Positions 59,001 through 64,000 of a DNA stretch of 64,000 nt are shown here, piece by piece. The notes beneath the pieces are model-generated. The model did no database searches, had not been told where the DNA came from, and was given only the letters and a program-made list of their open reading frames with translations. The DNA is from Lepidodermella squamata (lineage: Eukaryota > Animalia > Gastrotricha), in assembly GCA_047495785.1 (NCBI GenBank), contig JBLDXI010000032.1:3286001-3350000 (forward strand), written 5' to 3'. How positions within the stretch are numbered: the first letter of the stretch is position 1; each line of letters opens with the position of its first letter. Both the position numbers and the translations under genes were made by a program.

Positions 59001-59721
59001 TTTGCTAGTGAAGTGAATAAGAAAATATATTAAGACTTAGAGAAAATTCAGCATTCAGCCGATTCGGTGACTCGTGTGTTTTCCCTCATGTTTCTGACAT
59101 AACAAGTGAAAAGCTATATGTTTGCTCGGAATAAAAAACGTCGTGTTTGCAGATAGCTACTACTAGAAGCATAAAAATATGTGCAAATTATTGCATATAT
59201 GAAGAGTATTCATTACTCATACCGTCACTCTGCAAAGCACAGAGCTTCCTCTTACGCGCTTTTTATAAGCAGTTAAAAGCGAAATTATTAATCGACAGTT
59301 CGAACCTGGAAAATTGTGCCGTTGACGTTATAAGAAACTAGAACACGATTTTTGCTTGACAAGATGGGAATAAAAATATTTGAAAACCACAACGCAAAAA
59401 GGAACAAAGATATCGTAATTTATGGATATTGATCCAGTTGTTTCGATATAGCTCCATGTTCCTAATTTTGAAAACACTCGGGCTTCGTTAGCCGAATACA
59501 ACATGTGTATAATAAGATTAAACCTTTTTTTATTCCTTCATCACATTATTATTATTATTGACGGCCCTCTCGGCTACACGTTGAGTATCACTCGGCATAT
59601 GCTCATAGTACCTGGTAGTATTAGAATGCAAACAGTTTTTACTTGAAAAAAATATAACATAAATTTTTCGTTAACACTCGCTCAGTTAAGTGTTCAGAAA
59701 AACACGCAGATTCCCTTAGCG

Positions 59722-61607
59722 ATGGAGTTTTCATACGAAAAACTCTCAAAGTTGATCCAAGACGTAGTCGAGCTGAATACCATTGTCGTCGATAGTTTCT
59801 CCGGAGCTGCTGTCAAGAAGGATGAACAAACCAACACCTGGGCTCTGTATTTCCAAGCTAACCACAAAAACAAGTACGACTTCACGCAGAAACTGTTCGA
59901 TCTCGATGGCATGATTTCGGTGCAACGGAGCGTGAAAATGGGGATGCTTCAATTTTTCCTCATAAATTCTGCGAAACAAAAACTGGAATTGCAGTGCCAC
60001 CAGGTCGTATTTCAGGAGGAAAGCCTTCGAGACTCTATTTTTCAAGAGGTAACATCGAACGCTGACAGCTTTTCAATCAAGAAAAACATGCCCAAAAATC
60101 TACTGATTTACGTCAACCCGATGAGTGGCGAAAATTTCAGAGCTTTTAAGGTGTTCAGATCGGTGGTTAACCCTATTTTCCAAATGGCTGGGATTAACCA
60201 GCATGTAATAAGTAAGTTTATTGACACAATTTTTTCGAAGATCACTTAAGAATTAATTTCCCAAGTTTTGGCTTCAAAGGATAACACCCATTATTTCCGG
60301 AAAGAAGTGTTCGAACAACGTTGGAAACTGCCAGCAGGTTCCGTCGAAGTTCTACCTTGTCGAGCTTACGAAGAGACTAACCCTCGGAATTTTTCGAACT
60401 ACGACGGAGTGATCAGCATAAGTGGAGATGGGACCCTATCAGAGGCTGTAAATGCAGTTCTTCAGGCTAAAATGGGGTCGAAACCTAGCATTAAACCTTC
60501 AACTGAGATAGGAAAAGTCGACAAGCCAGTTTTCGGCATTATCCCAGCCGGATCTACCGATTCCATTGCAATTACAATGCACGGAGATAACGAACCGATT
60601 ACAGCCGTGATTAACATAATTTTCGGCGATAGAAAGGGTTCTGATGTCATCGCAGTGTTTGACTATCGAAAGCGCTTTGATCCGAATCAATCGAGCCCAT
60701 CGAATCAGGATGCTAACAGTAATTTTGAGGTTTTCTCGATTTCTATGGTTGGTGTCGGTTTCCAGCCGAAAGCTATTGACGTCAGCCGTAGAATTCGGCC
60801 CGTTTTCAGCAAGCTTCGATTTGCTGCTGCAGGTATGGAAAAATATTTTTCTCTAATTTCTGATTTTCATTTTTTTGAAAATTAAGCTGCGAAAGTTTTA
60901 ATGTCTAATCGGCCAACTCAACTTGAAGTTCATTACAAAGCGACAGAGGTGCAACCTGCTCAGCTTCAAACCCAATGTGGATTCAAGTTAGGGTGCAAAT
61001 TATTTTATTTCAAAGGAAGATAATTTTGAAATTTTCCAGTTGCTCTTACTGCGCGATTTTCGAAAATCGACCCCGTCACAATATGATGAATCACTCCCCC
61101 GCAGCCTGGGCCAAGGTTGGCTACACAAATATGAGTGGAACAGTGGCGGAACCGAATGCGGCTTTATCGAGATTCATGCGAGAAGGATGCGCACCTCATT
61201 GCCACCTGGGTGATGGATCTGCGGATTTAGTCATCACACGCCATGTCCCTTTCGTGTTAAATTACGAGTACCTGAGGAAAAAGATAGATCGCGTGTCTGA
61301 TGATCTGGTAAATCAACCTTATAATAGTCAAGCATGCTTTGATCTATTGAAAATTTTAACAGTACAACCTAGCTGACAAAGGGTTGGAGATTATCCGGGC
61401 GCATGAATTCATCATTCAGCCATTTCAAGATCAGCCACTACCAGCTGCATGTGATGGTGAACTCTTCTCATGCAAAGCTCTCTATGGAGTGTAAGCTCTA
61501 TCAAATATTTCTGAAATTTCTGAAATTTCACATTTTCTCATCTAAGGTCTCATTGCCAACTCATCAATTTCTACGGCCGCGGACGTCCTTTACCTGAAAA
61601 AGCGTGA
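59722..61607 (+). CDS. Ceramide kinase-like lipid kinase (DAGK catalytic fold)
   Basis: LLIYVNPMSG, DGVISISGDGTLSEAVN, GIIPAGSTD, APHCHLGDGSADL, ACDGE, SHCQLINFYGRG. The start may lie in an upstream exon. Confidence 0.8.
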
Positions 61608-61722
61608 CCAAAATCTGACATTTTGTTATTTTTATTGCGAATTATCTGTCACAAAAACTAAGCACAGCAGAATAGAAATAGCAGAATAAAATAACATGAA
61701 TGCATAGCTAATTTTGATGCTC

Positions 61723-64000
61723 TCATCCTTTCTTTCGCTCCTCCTCGTCGAGAATTTGATCGACAGCACTGCGCTCGAGTTCATCGAATCGTAAATTTTC
61801 AGTGTCTTTCGTGTACCGCCTCATCTCAGAATCGCGGCTTTGCCCGTGATTTAGGACGTAAAGCGCAAATCGTAGCATGAGTTCAATGAAGCTGAACGGA
61901 GCCGGCGTGACACATCGATGGTACCAGGTTCGAACAGCAACGTAGTAGTTGAACGACCAATACTCGATAGCACTAGCCCTGGTGGTTTCAACAGCTCGAT
62001 TCAACGACGCAATCAACATGTTTAGCCAGGTAATATTCGTCAGCCATAAATAGGTCACGAATAGGATAGCAGCCACGAAATTCCTGCCAAGAATCGACCC
62101 GCCCGATTCGCAGCGCTTGATACCAGGGTCGTCGATAGACCCGGTTATCGTAGGTTCGGTTACCCAGGTCAGCGATGAAGTGTTGTAGACTGGGTTGAAT
62201 TTCTGGGCGTAGGACATCGGGCAGGTCTTCTCGATTCTCTCGCGAGTTGTATCGATTGCCACACCGACAAGATTCCACCATCGCTTGTAGACTACGTCCA
62301 TTAGCAGGGAGAAGAAATTGGGCTCTTCCTCGTAACTAGTAGCTAAAGACTGAGGATTCGCCAAGGCGAAAATTGGCGGGGCGAATGTTGCGATTAGCAC
62401 CCCATAGAGCAGCAAGAAATGCAGCAAGATTGGCACCTAAAAATTCAAAAAATTACCTAAAAAATCGGGAAATATTCAGTAAACTTACAATTTTACCCAA
62501 AGTCACGACAAGAATACCGATCGATTTTGATAGATAGAACACGCGGAATGATTTGATCCAGAAGAGCACGCAAGCTAGGGCGTAGAGTGTTTGAGGAAAA
62601 ACATAGTACTCAATCGTAAGCGTATGACGAAGAATAAACGAGCTGACGAGGATAGCTTCAGCTAATAAGTCGAACATCACCGAATTGTAAGACCCGTGTA
62701 GCAAGCGGCGAATGGTTTCAGACACGAAGGCTTTTGTATCGGAGCTGTTTTGCTCCAAAAATACCAACAAGTCCAAACCAAAGCTCTGGAAAAGTTTTGA
62801 TTTTCAGATTGTCAGCTGAGTGAATAGGACTTACCTCATGCAGGGCGTCACATAGCAAACACAGGGACCAAATAAGGATCGTAAATTCAGTTCTCGTAGC
62901 ACCCTCGGGATGTAGAGACGTTGTCAAGATAAATGAAGTAAAAAGCAGTAGAAAAGCGAGTAGAGCACACTATTTAAAAAATCAACCTTAAAAACAATTG
63001 AGGGAAAAAATGAAAAAGTAACGCACCGTATGAAACAGGAATTTGATCATAGGAGACGTATATAAATAGAACCAAGCTTTAGGGAAGAACAGTCGATCTG
63101 GTCCGATTCGATTACAACAACCTTGAAACTCGTATCGTATGCTTGGTTTGACCAGTATAGTTCGTTTCCCGTATAGATTTAGCGCAGTCAGCGTGTGAAT
63201 TTTAACATTCTTGCCACTACCACTTTGGAACTGAATACTGTCGCTTTTGCTCGTCGAGGTTGGATCGCGTTTTTTAATTTCAAAGTCCAGAAGAAAGACG
63301 AGGAACGGAAAGAAGGCAGTGATGTAAATCTAAAGATTAGGAAAATTTTAGATTCAGCCATTTAATCGGGAAATGTCAACGGACCAGCATGGAGCTTGTG
63401 AACGAAGCAATACGACCGTTCCAAATCCTAACCAGCTTTGAAAGAACAGCAGGTTGCTCGGTGAATCGCCTCCGTTTCCCATAGAATGCGATCTCAAGAA
63501 CTGTTCGATTTTGCCAAGTTGGCAAAGCTCGGGTCAATAAATCAGACGCACATTCGGGTCTGGCGTCGTTGCATCGAGAGATTACTTCGATGCTTCGACT
63601 AAGCCATATTCTGTTATGAAAAAATTGAGAGAAAAATCATATATAAAATCCAATAGGCTACACTCACTCGGATTGCTTGGCATAAGGCTCAACTAGGCTG
63701 ATCATATCATTCAGCTGAGCACGATAAGAAAGCTCGTTGAGGAAAATGGACGCCATAAGGGCTGTTCCGATATGATCCCGGCCATCGCGCCACAGATTCA
63801 TCGCGAACTTGTCCTGGTTTAATATCAATTGCATCAAGAAAAGATCGCGGCAACCCCAGACGTAGACATTCTTTTCATTCAACGCCCTCGCGGCCTCGCT
63901 GTCCGACTGAATAGTGAAAGGGTTGGACAGATAGCAGCCAAGCATGTCTGCCAGCAGTTCGCCAATATTGAGTAAAGAAACGTTGCATTTATTCTCGCGA
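61723..64000 (-). CDS. TRPM-like cation channel, paralog 3 (5' part beyond the window)
   Basis: HIGTALMAS, IAFYG, SPMIKF, WIKSFRVF, KRWWNLVGV, NITWLNMLIA, PAPFS, ELERSAV. Confidence 0.88.

Noticed and set aside
1-64000. tRNA, rRNA or snRNA genes
   Set aside because: None recognisable by eye; a tRNAscan-SE/Infernal run would be needed to exclude them.

Overview
Eukaryotic (animal, invertebrate-type) genomic DNA. It is compact and gene-dense, with mostly ~45-65 nt spliceosomal introns; the taxon cannot be fixed from the sequence alone. The left part (1-29.4 kb) is a receptor/channel cluster. It holds three divergent Cys-loop ligand-gated ion channel subunit paralogs (one a pseudogene), two TRPM-like channels, two GABA-B-like class C GPCRs (one with an in-frame stop), two degenerate ppGalNAc-transferase-like genes and a double LamG-like GPI-type protein. 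The middle (29.2-59 kb) is a repeatedly duplicated, transposon-invaded block. It contains three intact, secreted, intron-containing copies of a bacterial-type Tae2/BPSL0067-family peptidoglycan amidase (domesticated amidase effector, dae2-like, probably horizontally acquired). It also contains about nine copies or remnants of a two-domain Ly6/uPAR (three-finger) gene family and two LDLa-repeat-only genes. Mobile elements there include an RTE-like LINE, a P-superfamily foldback element with a P transposase remnant, and pogo-like and hAT MITEs. The right end has a ceramide-kinase-like gene and the 3' half of a third TRPM-like gene. The best candidate for an undescribed system is the co-duplicated dae2-like amidase plus three-finger protein cassette, in which the three-finger copies next to amidase genes appear to have independently lost their GPI tail. 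All family assignments are from motif recognition by eye, not database searches, and gene models were spliced by hand.
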